This document shows, one piece after another, positions 1 through 18,291 of a stretch of DNA of 64,000 nucleotides. Positions within the stretch are counted from its first letter, which is position 1, and each line of letters begins with the position of its first letter. Under the pieces are notes generated by a model that saw only the letters and a list, made by a program, of their open reading frames with translations, was not told the origin of the DNA and did not search any database. The position numbers were made by a program, and so were the translations under genes. Origin of the DNA: the human T2T-CHM13v2.0 reference genome, Homo sapiens; the NCBI RefSeq assembly GCF_009914755.1, contig NC_060948.1; one strand, 5' to 3'.

Positions 1-1354
<1,354 letters not shown>

Positions 1355-1925
1355 AGATCCATATTTTTTAAATGAAAAAAAATTTCAAAGGTACTCTGCT
1401 TGGTACAATAATCAAATGTATAAACTGAGGAATAAAACATAACCAAGAAACCTACTTATAACTGCATATGGAAAATACAGAGGATAATTTTTTAATAACA
1501 TATTTTGAAAGCCTTAACTAGTAATTTGAAGAGTTGGCATTTGAAAGGCCAGTATGAATATACCTTCAAAGCAGCAACACAGGTTCCCCATGAGAAAAAG
1601 CAAACACAGGGAAAATAAAAACACAAAGGTTCAATCTCTTCTGACCTTTGAAAGACACAGCACAGACAGTGGTCCTTAGGACGAAGAGCAGGAGACCCCT
1701 AATTCCGTCACCATGGCGATAGGGCATAAACATTGCTGGGTGAGGGCACAATCCACATTGTGAGGTCCAACTGCTGCCAGGAAGACAGGAGTGCTTTTAC
1801 ATAGACCGAAAGGTCATTGAAGGCTCAGAGTTTTGTTTCAAGAACTGAATCCCAAGCCCACACGTTATTAGGCTGCGCTTCTTAAAACAAGTTATGAGAT
1901 GGGAAAAAGGGCACCCACAAACATA
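1355..1925. repeat. HSATI-type block, copy 1
   Basis: ~570-bp non-simple, moderate-GC segment between Alu and AT block; name assigned from known DYZ2 architecture, boundaries approximate. Confidence 0.8.
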
Positions 1926-3481
1926 CGTATACATTATGTATATAATAATATACAGTATCATATATATAATATATATAACCTATGTATAATATTGTTTTAC
2001 ATCCTGCATCTTATGTTATATATATTGTATAAAATATAATAATTGATAATATATAAGTTTTATATTTATACAATATGACATATAGTATATATTATAATTT
2101 ATGGCATATATAATATATGTTATATATCATATATAGAATATATTATACGGTTAATATACGTATTAAATATAAATTATACATTATATATATTATATATAAT
2201 ATATCTGTTATATATAATACCCATTATGCATAATATATATATTATGTCTATGTTATATATAGTATAAAACAACATATAATAATATATAATTGTATATATA
2301 AAATGCGACATATAATATATATTATATTTTATAACATATGTAATATATATTATATATTATATATAATACGTTGTATGTTTAATACCTATATTAAATATAT
2401 ATTATATGACTATGTTATTAATTACATGTCACATGTGTTATATATTATATATTTTACATAGAATATACCGGTTACATACAATATATACTATGTTACCTAT
2501 AATGTATAATTTATTACATGTAAAATAAAGAATGCAATATATTATGTATAATTTATAATATACAATATGTGGAATGTGATATATATAACATATAATATAT
2601 GATATATGATATACAGTATATGATATATAACATACAATATATGATTCCTAATATATATGGTATACAATATATATTTTATGATATGTATTCTATATGTTTT
2701 ATATTCTGTTATATATAACTATTTGAAATTATATATAACTGTATAATATTTTATGTAAATATGTAATATAATATATATAACTATATAATATGTTATATAT
2801 AACTATATATTATGTTATATATACTTTTATAACATAATTTACATAAAATATCATAATATAATATATATTATATTATTTCATATTACATTATATATATTAC
2901 ATATCACCCAATATAACTAACATACATAATATTATAATATAGATTATATTGTGTTATATTAAATTACATATATATCATGTATCATATATTCTATAATATA
3001 TATTACACATTATATAATATGTATGTTGTCTATTATGTGATATATATAACTATATATATAATTATATTTTTATACATATAACTAGATAAACATGTAATTC
3101 TACATATTTTCATTTATAATATGTAGAATTATATAATCATATATAATTATTTATATTCTATAAAAAATTTTATCATTATATAAATTATAATATATAAAAA
3201 TTATAATATGTACTACAAATATATATATTATATATCATATATGATATAGTACCTTTGTTATATTTCATAATACATATAAATGTGTATTATGTTATCTATA
3301 ATTATATAATTTCATATATAAGATGTATAATATGTATCATATATTATATATGTTATGTAATATATATAGTATATATAAGATGACACAGGATAAATATTAT
3401 ATACTATGACATATAAAATATATGAGGTTATATGTTACATATAAGGCATAGCACATAACATGTAATATATATCATATATAA
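1926..3481. repeat. AT-rich degenerate (TA)n block of DYZ2 unit (representative; an equivalent block lies between every HSATI end and the next Alu)
   Basis: ~1.55 kb of very high AT content with short internal periodicities (ATATGAT, TATATATAACT); one CCGG site per unit. Confidence 0.9.
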
Positions 3482-3773
3482 TTTTTTTTTAGACAGAATC
3501 TTGTCCTGTTGCACAGGGTGGGGTACAATGGCGCCATCTTTGCTCACTGCAAATTCTGCCTCACGGGTCCAAGCGATTGTCCTCCCTCAGCCTCCCAGGT
3601 AGCTGGGACTACACCACACTGGGACTACACCAGCTGCCACCATGCCTAGCTAATTTTTTGGATTTTTAGTAGTGACAGCGTTTCACTGTATTGGCCAGGA
3701 TGGTCTTGATCTCTTCACCTTGTGATCCCCTTGCCTTGGCCTCCAAATTTGCTGGGATTACAGGCCTGAGCCA
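3482..3773 (-). mobile_element. Alu copy 2
   Basis: Same as copy 1. Confidence 0.95.
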
Positions 3774-4345
3774 AGATCCATATTTTTTAAATGAAAAAAA
3801 ATTTCAAAGGTACTCTGCTTGGTACAATAATCAAATGTATAAACTGAGGAATAAAACATAACCATGAAACCTACTTATAACTGCATATGGAAAATACAGA
3901 GGATAATTTTTTAAATAACATATTTTGAAAGCCTTAACTAGTAATTTGAAGAGTTGGCATTTGAAAGGCCAGTATGAATATACCTTCAAAGCAGCAACAC
4001 AGGTTCCCCATGAGAAAAAGCAAACACAGGGAAAATAAAAACACAAAGGTTCAATCTCTTCTGACCTTTGAAAGACACAGCACAGACAGTGGTCCTTAGG
4101 ACGAAGAGCAGGAGACCCCTAATTCCGTCACCATGGCGATAGGGCATAAACATTGCTGGGTGAGGGCACAATCCACATTGTGAGGTCCAACTGCTGCCAG
4201 GAAGACAGGAGTGCTTTTACATAGACCGAAAGGTCATTGAAGGCTCAGAGTTTTGTTTCAAGAACTGAATCCCAAGCCCACACGTTATTAGGCTGCGCTT
4301 CTTAAAACAAGTTATGAGATGGGAAAAAGGGCACCCACAAATATA
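3774..4345. repeat. HSATI-type block copy 2
   Basis: Same as copy 1. Confidence 0.8.
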
Positions 4346-5876
4346 CGTATACATTATGTATATAATAATATACAGTATCATATATATAATATATATAACC
4401 TATGTATAATATTGTTTTACATCCTGCATCTTATGTTATATATATTGTATAAAATATAATAATTGATAATATATAAGTTTTATAATTATACAATATGACA
4501 AATAGTATATATTATAATTTATGACATATATAATATATGTTATATGTCATATATAGAATATATTATACGGTTAATATACGTATTAAATATAAATTATACA
4601 TTATATATATTATATATAATATATCTGTTATATATAATACCCATTATGCATAATATATATTATGTCTATGTTATATATAGTATAAAACAACATATAATAA
4701 TATATAATTGTATATATAAAATGCGACATATAATATATATTATATTTTATAAAATATGTAATATATATTATATATTATATATAATACGTTGTATGTATAA
4801 TACCTATATTAAATATATATTATATGACTATGTTATTAATTACATGTCACATGTGTTATATATTATATATTTTACATAGAATATACCGATTACATACAAT
4901 ATATACTATGTTACCTGTAATGTATAATTTATTACATGTAAAATAAAGAATGCAATATATTATGAATAATTTATAATATACAATATGTGGAATGTGATAT
5001 ATATAACATATAATATATGATATATGATATACAGTATATGATATATAACATACAATATATGATTCCTAATATATATGGTATACAATATATATTTTATGAT
5101 ATGTATTCTATATGTTTTATATTCTGTTATATATAACTATTTGAAATTATATATAACTGTATAATATTTTATGTAAATATGTAATATAATATATATAACT
5201 ATATAATATTTTATATATAACTATATATTATGTTATATATACTTTTATAACATAATTTACATAAAATATCATAATATAATATATATTATATTATTTCATA
5301 TTACATAATATATATTACATATCACCCAATATAACTAACATACATAATATTATAATATAGATTATATTGTGTTATATTAAATTACATATATATCATGTAT
5401 CATATATTCTATAATATATATTACACATTATATAATATGTATGTTGTCTATTATGTGATATATATAACTATATATATAATTATATTTTTATACATATAAC
5501 TAGATAAACATGTAATTCTACATATTTTCATTTATAATATGTAGAATTATATAATCATATATAATTATTTATATTCTATAAAAAATTTTATCATTATATA
5601 AATTATAATATATAAAAATTATAATATGTACTACAAATATATATATTATATATCATATATGATATAGTACCTTTGTTATATTTCATAATACATATAAATG
5701 TGTATTATGTTATCTATAATTATATAATTTCATATATAAGATGTATAATATGTATCATATATTATAGATGTTATGTAATATATATAGTATATATAAGATG
5801 ACACAGGATAAATATTATATACTATGACATATAAAATATATGAGGTTATATGTTACATATAAGGCATAGCACATAA

Positions 5877-6191
<315 letters not shown>

Positions 6192-6763
6192 AGATCCATA
6201 TTTTTTAAATGAAAAAAAATTTCAAAGGTACTCTGCTTGGTACAATAATCAAATGTATAAACTGAGGAATAAAACATAACCATGAAACCTACTTATAACT
6301 GCATATGGAAAATACAGAGGATAATTTTTTAAATAACATATTTTGAAAGCCTTAACTAGTAATTTGAAGAGTTGGCATTTGAAAGGCCAGTATGAATATA
6401 CCTTCAAAGCAGCAACACAGGTTCCCCATGAGAAAAAGCAAACACAGGGAAAATAAAAACACAAAGGTTCAATCTCTTCTGACCTTTGAAAGACACAGCA
6501 CAGACAGTGGTCCTTAGGACGAAGAGCAGGAGACCCCTAATTCCGTCACCATGGCGATAGGGCATAAACATTGCTGGGTGAGGGCACAATCCACATTGTG
6601 AGGTCCAACTGCTGCCAGGAAGACAGGAGTGCTTTTACATAGACCGAAAGGTCATTGAAGGCTCAGAGTTTTGTTTCAAGAACTGAATCCCAAGCCCACA
6701 CGTTATTAGGCTGCGCTTCTTAAAACAAGTTATGAGATGGGAAAAAGGGCACCCACAAACATA
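6192..6763. repeat. HSATI-type block copy 3
   Basis: Same as copy 1. Confidence 0.8.
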
Positions 6764-8296
6764 CGTATACATTATGTATATAATAATATACAGTGTCATA
6801 TATATAATATATATAACCTATGTATAACATTGTTTTACATCCTGCATCTTATGTTATATATATTGTATAAAATATAATAATTGATAATATATAAGTTTTA
6901 TAATTATACAATATGACATATAGTATATATTATAATTTATGACATATATAATATATGTTATATGTCATATATAGAATATATTATACGGTTAATATACGTA
7001 TTAAATATAAATTATACATTATATATATTATATATAATATATCTGTTATATATAATAACCATTATGCATAATATATATATTATGTCTATGTTATATATAG
7101 TATAAAACAACATATAATAATATATAATTGTATATATAAAATGCGACATATAATATATATTATATTTTATAACATATGTAATATATATTTTATATTATAT
7201 ATAATACGTTGTATGTATAATACCTATATTAAATATATATTATATGACTATGTTATTAATTACATGTCACATGTGTTATATATTATATATTTTACATAGA
7301 ATATACCGGTTGCATACAATATATACTATGTTACCTATAATGTATAATTTATTACATGTAAAATAAAGAATGCAATATATTATGTATAATTTATAATATA
7401 CCATATGTGGAATGTGATATATATAACATATAATATATGATATATGATATACAGTATATGATATATAACATACGATATATGATTCCTAATATATATGGTA
7501 TATAATATATATTTTATGATATGTATTCTATGTGTTTTATATTCTGTTATATATAACTATTTGAAATTATATATAACTGTATAATATTTTATGTAAATAT
7601 GTAATATAATATATATAACTATATAATATATTATATATAACTATATATTATGTTATATATACTTTTATAACATAATTTACATAAAATATCATAATATAAT
7701 ATATATTATATTATTTCATATTACATAATATATATTACATATCACCCAATATAACTAACATACATAATATTATAATATAGATTATATTGTGTTATATTAA
7801 ATATCATATATATCATGTATCATATATTCTATAATATATATTACACATTATATAATATGTATGTTGTCTCTTATGTGATATATATAACTATATATATAAT
7901 TATATTTTTATACATATAACTAGATAAACATGTAATTCTACATATTTTCATTTATAATATGTAGAATTATATAATCATATATAATTATTTATATTCTATA
8001 AAAAATTTTATCATTATATAAATTATAATATATAAAAATTATAATATGTACTACAAATATATATATTATATATCATATATGATATAGTACCTTTGTTATA
8101 TATCATAATACATATAAATGTGTATTATGTTATCTATAATTATATAATTTCATATATAAGATATATAATATGTATCATATATTATATATGTTATGTAATA
8201 TATATAGTATATATAAGATGACACAGGATAAATATTATATACTATGACATATAAAATATATGAGGTTATATGTTACATATAAGGCATAGCACATAA

Positions 8297-8611
<315 letters not shown>

Positions 8612-9183
8612 AGATCCATATTTTTTAAATGAAAAAAAATTTCAAAGGTACTCTGCTTGGTACAATAATCAAATGTATAAACTGAGGAATAAAACATAAC
8701 CATGAAACCTACTTATAACTGCATATGGAAAATACAGAGGATAATTTTTTAAATAACATATTTTGAAAGCCTTAACTAGTAATTTGAAGAGCTGGCATTT
8801 GAAAGGCCAGTATGAATATACCTTCAAAGCAGCAACACAGGTTCCCCATGAGAAAAAGCAAACACAGGGAAAATAAAAACACAAAGGTTCAATCTCTTCT
8901 GACCTTTGAAAGACACAGCACAGACAGTGGTCCTTAGGACGAAGAGCAGGAGACCCCTAATTCCGTCACCATGGCGATAGGGCATAAACATTGCTGGGTG
9001 AGGGCACAATCCACATTGTGAGGTCCAACTGCTGCCAGGAAGACAGGAGTGCTTTTACATAGACCGAAAGGTCATTAAAGGCTCAGAGTTTTGTTTCAAG
9101 AACTGAATCCCAAGCCCACACGTTATTAGGCTGCGCTTCTTAAAACAAGTTATGAGATGGGAAAAAGGGCACCCACAAACATA
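8612..9183. repeat. HSATI-type block copy 4
   Basis: Same as copy 1. Confidence 0.8.
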
Positions 9184-10739
9184 CGTATACATTATGTATA
9201 TAATAATATACATTATCATATATATAATATATATAACCTATGTATAATATTGTTTTACATCCTGCATCTTATGTTATATATATTGTATAAAATATAATAA
9301 TTGATAATATATAAGTTTTATAATTATACAATATGACATATAGTATATATTATAATTTATGACATATATAATATATGTTATATGTCATATATAGAATATA
9401 TTATACGGTTAATATACGTATTAAATATAAATTATACATTATATATATTGTATATAATATATCTGTTATATATAATACCCATTATGCATAATATATATAT
9501 TATGTCTATGTTATATATAGTATAAAACAACATATAATAATATATAATTGTATATATAAAATGCGACATATAATATATATTATATTTTATAACATATGTA
9601 ATATATATTATATATTATATATAATACGTTGTATGTATAATACCTATATTAAATATATATTATATGACTATGTTATTAATTACATGTCACATGTGTTATA
9701 TATTATATATTTTACATAGAATATACCGGTTACATACAATATATACTATGTTACCTATAATGTATAATTTATTACATGTAAAATAAAGAATGCAATATAT
9801 TATGTATAATTTATAATATACCATATGTGGAATGTGATATATATAACAAATAATATATGATATATGATATACAGTATATGATATATAACATAAAATATAT
9901 GATTCCTAATATATATGGTATACAATATATATTTTATGATATGTATTCTATATGTTTTATATTCTGTTATATATAACTATTTGAAATTATATATAACTGT
10001 ATAATATTTTATGTAAATATGTAATATAATATATATAACTATATAATATATTATATATAACTATATATTATGTTATATATACTTTTATAACATAATTTAC
10101 ATAAAATATCATAATATAATATATATTATATTATTTCATATTACATAATATATATTACATATCACCCAATATAACTAACATACATAATATTATAATATAG
10201 ATTATATTGTGTTATATTAAATATCATATATATCATGTATCATATATTCTATAATATATATTACACAGTATATAATATGTATGTTGTCTATTATGTGATA
10301 CATATAACAATATATATAATTATATTTTTATACATATAACTAGATAAACATGTAATTCTACATATTTTCATTTATAATATGTAGAATTATATAATCATAT
10401 ATAATTATTTATATTCTATAAAAAATTTTATCATTATATAAATTATAATATATAAAAATTATAATATGTACTACAAATATATATATTATATATCATATAT
10501 GATATAGTACCTTTGTTATATATCATAATACATATAAATGTGTATTATGTTATCTATAATTATATAATTTCATATATAAGATGTATAATATGTATCATAT
10601 ATTATATATGTTATGTAATATATATAGTATATATAAGATGACACAGGATAAATATTATATACTATGACATATAAAATATATGAGGTTATATGTTACATAT
10701 AAGGCATAGCACATAACATGTAATATATATCATATATAA

Positions 10740-11031
10740 TTTTTTTTTAGACAGAATCTTGTCCTGTTGCACAGGGTGGGGTACAATGGCGCCATCTTTG
10801 CTCATTGCAACTTCTCCCTCACGGGTCCAAGCGATTGTCCTCCCTCAGCCTCCCAGGTAGCTGGGACTACACCACACTGGGACTACACCAGCTGCCACCA
10901 TGCCTAGCTAATTTTTTGGATTTTTAGTAGTGACAGCGTTTCACTGTATTGGCCAGGATGGTCTTGATCTCTTCACCTTGTGATCCCCTTGCCTTGGCCT
11001 CCAAATTTGCTGGGATTACAGGCCTGAGCCA
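10740..11031 (-). mobile_element. Alu copy 5
   Basis: Same as copy 1. Confidence 0.95.
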
Positions 11032-11603
11032 AGATCCATATTTTTTAAATGAAAAAAAATTTCAAAGGTACTCTGCTTGGTACAATAATCAAATGTATAA
11101 ACTGAGGAATAAAACATAACCATGAAACCTACTTATAACTGCATATGGAAAATACAGAGGATAATTTTTTAAATAACATATTTTGAAAGCCTTAACTAGT
11201 AATTTGAAGAGTTGGCATTTGAAAGGCCAGTATGAATATACCTTCAAAGCAGCAACACAGGTTCCCCATGAGAAAAAGCAAACACAGGGAAAATAAAAAC
11301 ACAAAGGTTCAATCTCTTCTGACCTTTGAAAGACACAGCACAGACAGTGGTCCTTAGGACGAAGAGCAGGAGACCCCTAATTCCGTCACCATGGCGATAG
11401 GGCATAAACATTGCTGGGTGAGGGCACAATCCACATTGTGAGGTCCAACTGCTGCCAGGAAGACAGGAGTGCTTTTACATAGACCGAAAGGTCATTGAAG
11501 GCTCAGAGTTTTGTTTCAAGAACTGAATCCCAAGCCCACACGTTATTAGGCTGCGCTTCTTAAAACAAGTTATGAGATGGGAAAAAGGGCACCCACAAAC
11601 ATA
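11032..11603. repeat. HSATI-type block copy 5
   Basis: Same as copy 1. Confidence 0.8.
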
Positions 11604-13159
11604 CGTATACATTATGTATATAATAATATACATTATCATATATATAATATATATAACCTATGTATAATATTGTTTTACATCCTGCATCTTATGTTATATA
11701 TATTGTATAAAATATAATAATTGATAATATATAAGTTTTATAATTATACAATATGACATATAGTATATATTATAATTTATGACATATATAATATATGTTA
11801 TATGTCATATATAGAATATATTATACGGTTAATATACGTATTAAATATAAATTATACATTATATATATTATATATAATATATCTGTTATATATAATACCC
11901 ATTATGCATAATATATATATTATGTCTATGTTATATATAGTATAAAACAACATATAATAATATATAATTGTATATATAAAATGCGACATATAATATATAT
12001 TATATTTTATAACATATGTAATATATATTATATATTATATATAATACGTTGTATGTATAATACCTATATTAAATATATATTATATGACTATGTTATTAAT
12101 TACATGTCACATGTGTTATATATTATATATTTTACATAGAATATACCGGTTACATACAATATATACTATGTTACCTATAATGTATAATTTATTATATGTA
12201 AAATAAAGAATGCAATATATTATGTATAATTTATAATATACCATATGTGGAATGTGATATATATAACAAATAATATATGATATATGATATACAGTATATG
12301 ATATATAACATAAAATATAAGATTCCTAATATATATGGTATACAATATATATTTTATGATATGTATTCTATATGTTTTATATTCTGTTATATATAACTAT
12401 TTGAAATTATATATAACTGTATAATATTTTATGTAAATATGTAATATAATATATATAACTATATAATATATTATATATAACTATATATTATGTTATATAT
12501 ACTTTTATAACATAATTTACATAAAATATCATAATATAATATATTTTATATTATTTCATATTACATAATATATATTACATATCACCCAATATAACTAACA
12601 TACATAATATTATAATATAGATTATATTGTGTTATATTAAATATCATATATATCATGTATCATATATTCTATAATATATATTACACAGTATATAATATGT
12701 ATGTTGTCTATTATGTGATATATATAACAATATATATAATTATATTTTTATACATATAACTAGATAAACATGTAATTCTACATATTTTCATTTATAATAT
12801 GTAGAATTTTATAATCATATATAATTATTTATATTCTATAAAAAATTTTATCATTATATAAATTATAATATATAAAAATTATAATATGTACTACAAATAT
12901 ATATATTATATATCATATATGATATAGTACCTTTGTTATATATCATAATACATATAAATGTGTATTATGTTATCTATAATTATATAATTTCATATATAAG
13001 ATGTATAATATGTATCATATATTATATATGTTATGTAATATATATAGTATATATAAGATGACACAGGATAAATATTATATACTATGACATATAAAATATA
13101 TGAGGTTATATGTTACATATAAGGCATAGCACATAACATGTAATATATATCATATATAA

Positions 13160-13451
13160 TTTTTTTTTAGACAGAATCTTGTCCTGTTGCACAGGGTGGG
13201 GTACAATGGCGCCATCTTTGCTCATTGCAACTTCTCCCTCACGGGTCCAAGCGATTGTCCTCCCTCAGCCTCCCAGGTAGCTGGGACTACACCACACTGG
13301 GACTACACCAGCTGCCACCATGCCTAGCTAATTTTTTGGATTTTTAGTAGTGACAGCGTTTCACTGTATTGACCAGGATGGTCTTGATCTCTTCACCTTG
13401 TGATCCCCTTGCCTTGGCCTCCAAATTTGCTGGGATTACAGGCCTGAGCCA
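13160..13451 (-). mobile_element. Alu copy 6
   Basis: Same as copy 1. Confidence 0.95.
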
Positions 13452-14023
13452 AGATCCATATTTTTTAAATGAAAAAAAATTTCAAAGGTACTCTGCTTGG
13501 TACAATAATCAAATGTATAAACTGAGGAATAAAACATAACCATGAAACCTACTTATAACTGCATATGGAAAATACAGAGGATAATTTTTTAAATAACATA
13601 TTTTGAAAGCCTTAACTAGTAATTTGAAGAGTTGGCATTTGAAAGGCCAGTATGAATATACCTTCAAAGCAGCAACACAGGTTCCCCATGAGAAAAAGCA
13701 AACACAGGGAAAATAAAAACACAAAGGTTCAATCTCTTCTGACCTTTGAAAGACACAGCACAGACAGTGGTCCTTAGGACGAAGAGCAGGAGACCCCTAA
13801 TTCCGTCACCATGGCGATAGGGCATAAACATTGCTGGGTGAGGGCACAATCCACATTGTGAGGTCCAACTGCTGCCAGGAAGACAGGAGTGCTTTTACAT
13901 AGACCGAAAGGTCATTGAAGGCTCAGAGTTTTGTTTCAAGAACTGAATCTCAAGCCCACACGTTATTAGGCTGCGCTTCTTAAAACAAGTTATGAGATGG
14001 GAAAAAGGGCACCCACAAACATA
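13452..14023. repeat. HSATI-type block copy 6
   Basis: Same as copy 1. Confidence 0.8.
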
Positions 14024-15556
14024 TGTATACATTATGTATATAATAATATACAGTGTCATATATATAATATATATAACCTATGTATAATATTGTTTTACAT
14101 CCTGCATCTTATGTTATATATATTGTATAAAATACAATAATTGATAATATATAAGTTTTATAATTATACAATATGACATATAGTATATATTATAATTTAT
14201 GACATATATAATATATGTTATATGTCATATATAGAATATATTATACGGTTAATATACGTATTAAATATAAATTATACATTATATATATTATATATAATAT
14301 ATCTGTTATATAAAATACCCATTATGCATAATATATATATTATGTCTATGTTATATATAGTATAAAACAACATATAATAATATATAATTGTATATATAAA
14401 ATGCGACATATAATATATATTATATTTTATAATATATGTAATATATATTATATATTATATATAATACGTTGTATGTATAATACCTATATTAAATATATAT
14501 TATATGACTATGTTATTAATTACATGTCACATGTGTTATATATTATATATTTTACATAGAATATACCGGTTGCATACAATATATACTATGTTACCTATAA
14601 TGTATAATTTATTACATGTAAAATAAAGAATGCAATATATTATGTATAATTTATAATATACCATATGTGGAATGTGATATATATAACATATAATATATGA
14701 TATATGATATACAGTATATGATATATAACATACGATATATGATTCCTAATATATATGGTATACAATATATATTTTATGATATGTATTCTATGTGTTTTAT
14801 ATTCTGTTATATATAACTATTTGAAATTATATATAACTGTATAATATTTTATGTAAATATGTAATATAATATATATAACTATATAATATATTATATATAA
14901 CTATATATTATGTTATATATACTTTTATAACATAATTTACATAAAATATCATAATATAATATATATTATATTATTTCATATTACATAATATATATTACAT
15001 ATCACCCAATATAACTAACATACATAATATTATAATATAGATTATATTGTGTTATATTAAATATCATATATATCATGTATCATATATTCTATAATATATA
15101 TTACACAGTATATAATATGTATGTTGTCTATTATGTGATATATATAACAATATATATAATTATATTTTTATACATATAACTAGATAAACATGTAATTCTA
15201 CATATTTTCATTTATAATATGTAGAATTATATAATCATATATAATTATTTATATTCTATAAAAAGTTTTATCATTATATAAATTATAATATATAATAATT
15301 ATAATATGTACTACAAATATATATATTATATATCATATATGATATAGTACCTTTGTTATATATCATAATACATATAAATGTGTATTATGTTATCTATAAT
15401 TATATAATTTCATATATAAGATATATAATATGTATCATATATTATATATGTTATGTAATATATATAGTATATATAAGATGACACAGGATAAATATTATAT
15501 ACTATGACATATAAAATATATGAGGTTATATGTTACATATAAGGCATAGCACATAA

Positions 15557-15871
<315 letters not shown>

Positions 15872-16443
15872 AGATCCATATTTTTTAAATGAAAAAAAAT
15901 TTCAAAGGTACTCTGCTTGGTACAATAATCAAATGTATAAACTGAGGAATAAAACATAACCATGAAACCTACTTATAACTGCATATGGAAAATACAGAGG
16001 ATAATTTTTTAAATAACATATTTTGAAAGCCTTAACTAGTAATTTGAAGAGCTGGCATTTGAAAGGCCAGTATGAATATACCTTCAAAGCAGCAACACAG
16101 GTTCCCCATGAGAAAAAGCAAACACAGGGAAAATAAAAACACAAAGGTTCAATCTCTTCTGACCTTTGAAAGACACAGCACAGACAGTGGTCCTTAGGAC
16201 GAAGAGCAGGAGACCCCTAATTCCGTCACCATGGCGATAGGGCATAAACATTGCTGGGTGAGGGCACAATCCACATTGTGAGGTCCAACTGCTGCCAGGA
16301 AGACAGGAGTGCTTTTACATAGACCGAAAGGTCATTGAAGGCTCAGAGTTTTGTTTCAAGAACTGAATCCCAAGCCCACACGTTATTAGGCTGCGCTTCT
16401 TAAAACAAGTTATGAGATGGGAAAAAGGGCACCCACAAACATA
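15872..16443. repeat. HSATI-type block copy 7
   Basis: Same as copy 1. Confidence 0.8.
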
Positions 16444-17999
16444 CGTATACATTATGTATATAATAATATACATTATCATATATATAATATATATAACCTA
16501 TGTATAATATTGTTTTACATCCTGCATCTTATGTTATATATATTGTATAAAATATAATAATTGATAATATATAAGTTTTATAATTATACAATATGACATA
16601 TAGTATATATTATAATTTATGACATATATAATATATGTTATATGTCATATATAGAATATATTATACGGTTAATATACGTATTAAATATAAATTATACATT
16701 ATATATATTATATATAATATATCTGTTATATATAATACCCATTATGCATAATATATATATTATGTCTATGTTATATATAGTATAAAACAACATATAATAA
16801 TATATAATTGTATATATAAAATGCGACATATAATATATATTATATTTTATAACATATGTAATATATATTATATATTATATATAATACGTTGTATGTATAA
16901 TACCTATATTAAATATATATTATATGACTATGTTATTAATTACATGTCACATGTGTTATATATTATATATTTTACATAGAATATACCGGTTACATACAAT
17001 ATATACTATGTTACCTATAATGTATAATTTATTACATGTAAAATAAAGAATGCAATATATTATGTATAATTTATAATATACCATATGTGGAATGTGATAT
17101 ATATAACAAATAATATATGATATATGATATACAGTATATGATATATAATATAAAATATATGATTCCTAATATATATGGTATACAATATATATTTTATGAT
17201 ATGTATTCTATATGTTTTATATTCTGTTATATATAACTATTTGAAATTATATATAACTGTATAATATTTTATGTAAATATGTAATATAATATATATAACT
17301 ATATAATATATTATATATAACTATATATTATGTTATATATACTTTTATAACATAATTTACATAAAATATCAAAATATAATATATATTATATTATTTCATA
17401 TTACATAATATATATTACATATCACCCAATATAACTAACATACATAATATTATAATATAGATTATATTGTGTTATATTAAATATCATATATATCATGTAT
17501 CATATATTCTATAATATATATTACACAGTATATAATATGTATGTTGTCTATTATGTGATATATATAACAATATATATAATTATATTTTTATACATATAAC
17601 TAGATAAACATGTAATTCTACATATTTTCATTTATAATATGTAGAATTATATAATCATATATAATTATTTATATTCTATAAAAAATTTTATCATTATATA
17701 AATTATAATATATAAAAATTATAATATGTACTACAAATATATATATTATATATCATATATGATATAGTACCTTTGTTATATATCATAATACATATAAATG
17801 TGTATTATGTTATCTATAATTATATAATTTCATATATAAGATGTATAATATGTATCATATATTATATATGTTATGTAATATATATAGTATATATAAGATG
17901 ACACAGGATAAATATTATATACTATGACATATAAAATATATGAGGTTATATGTTACATATAAGGCATAGCACATAACATGTAATATATATCATATATAA

Positions 18000-18291
18000 T
18001 TTTTTTTTAGACAGAATCTTGTCCTGTTGCACAGGGTGGGGTACAATGGCGCCATCTTTGCTCATTGCAACTTCTCCCTCACGGGTCCAAGCGATTGTCC
18101 TCCCTCAGCCTCCCAGGTAGCTGGGACTACACCACACTGGGACTACACCAGCTGCCACCATGCCTAGCTAATTTTTTGGATTTTTAGTAGTGACAGCGTT
18201 TCACTGTATTGGCCAGGATGGTCTTGATCTCTTCACCTTGTGATCCCCTTGCCTTGGCCTCCAAATTTGCTGGGATTACAGGCCTGAGCCA
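18000..18291 (-). mobile_element. Alu copy 8
   Basis: Same as copy 1. Confidence 0.95.

Noticed and set aside
1566-1751. Recurrent 61-aa minus-strand ORF (MCPHPAMF...) in nearly every unit
   Set aside because: Lies within HSATI satellite with no recognisable domain or gene structure; it recurs only because the unit is repeated
1926-3481. TATA boxes, AATAAA signals and palindromes (e.g. ACATGTCACATGT, ACCGGT) in the AT block
   Set aside because: Expected by chance in alternating A/T sequence; no associated gene
1926-3481. Mitochondrial control region or AT-rich protist/insect DNA
   Set aside because: Interspersed with a primate Alu in a fixed unit matching DYZ2
3831-4046. Recurrent 71-aa minus-strand ORF (MCFYFPCV...)
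   Set aside because: F/Y/L/K-rich composition reflects AT-rich DNA; broken by a 1-bp deletion in unit 1; no coding signal
4544-4879. 111-aa plus-strand ORF rich in Y/I
   Set aside because: Translation of (TA)n sequence, opened by a 2-bp slippage deletion at ~4655 in one unit
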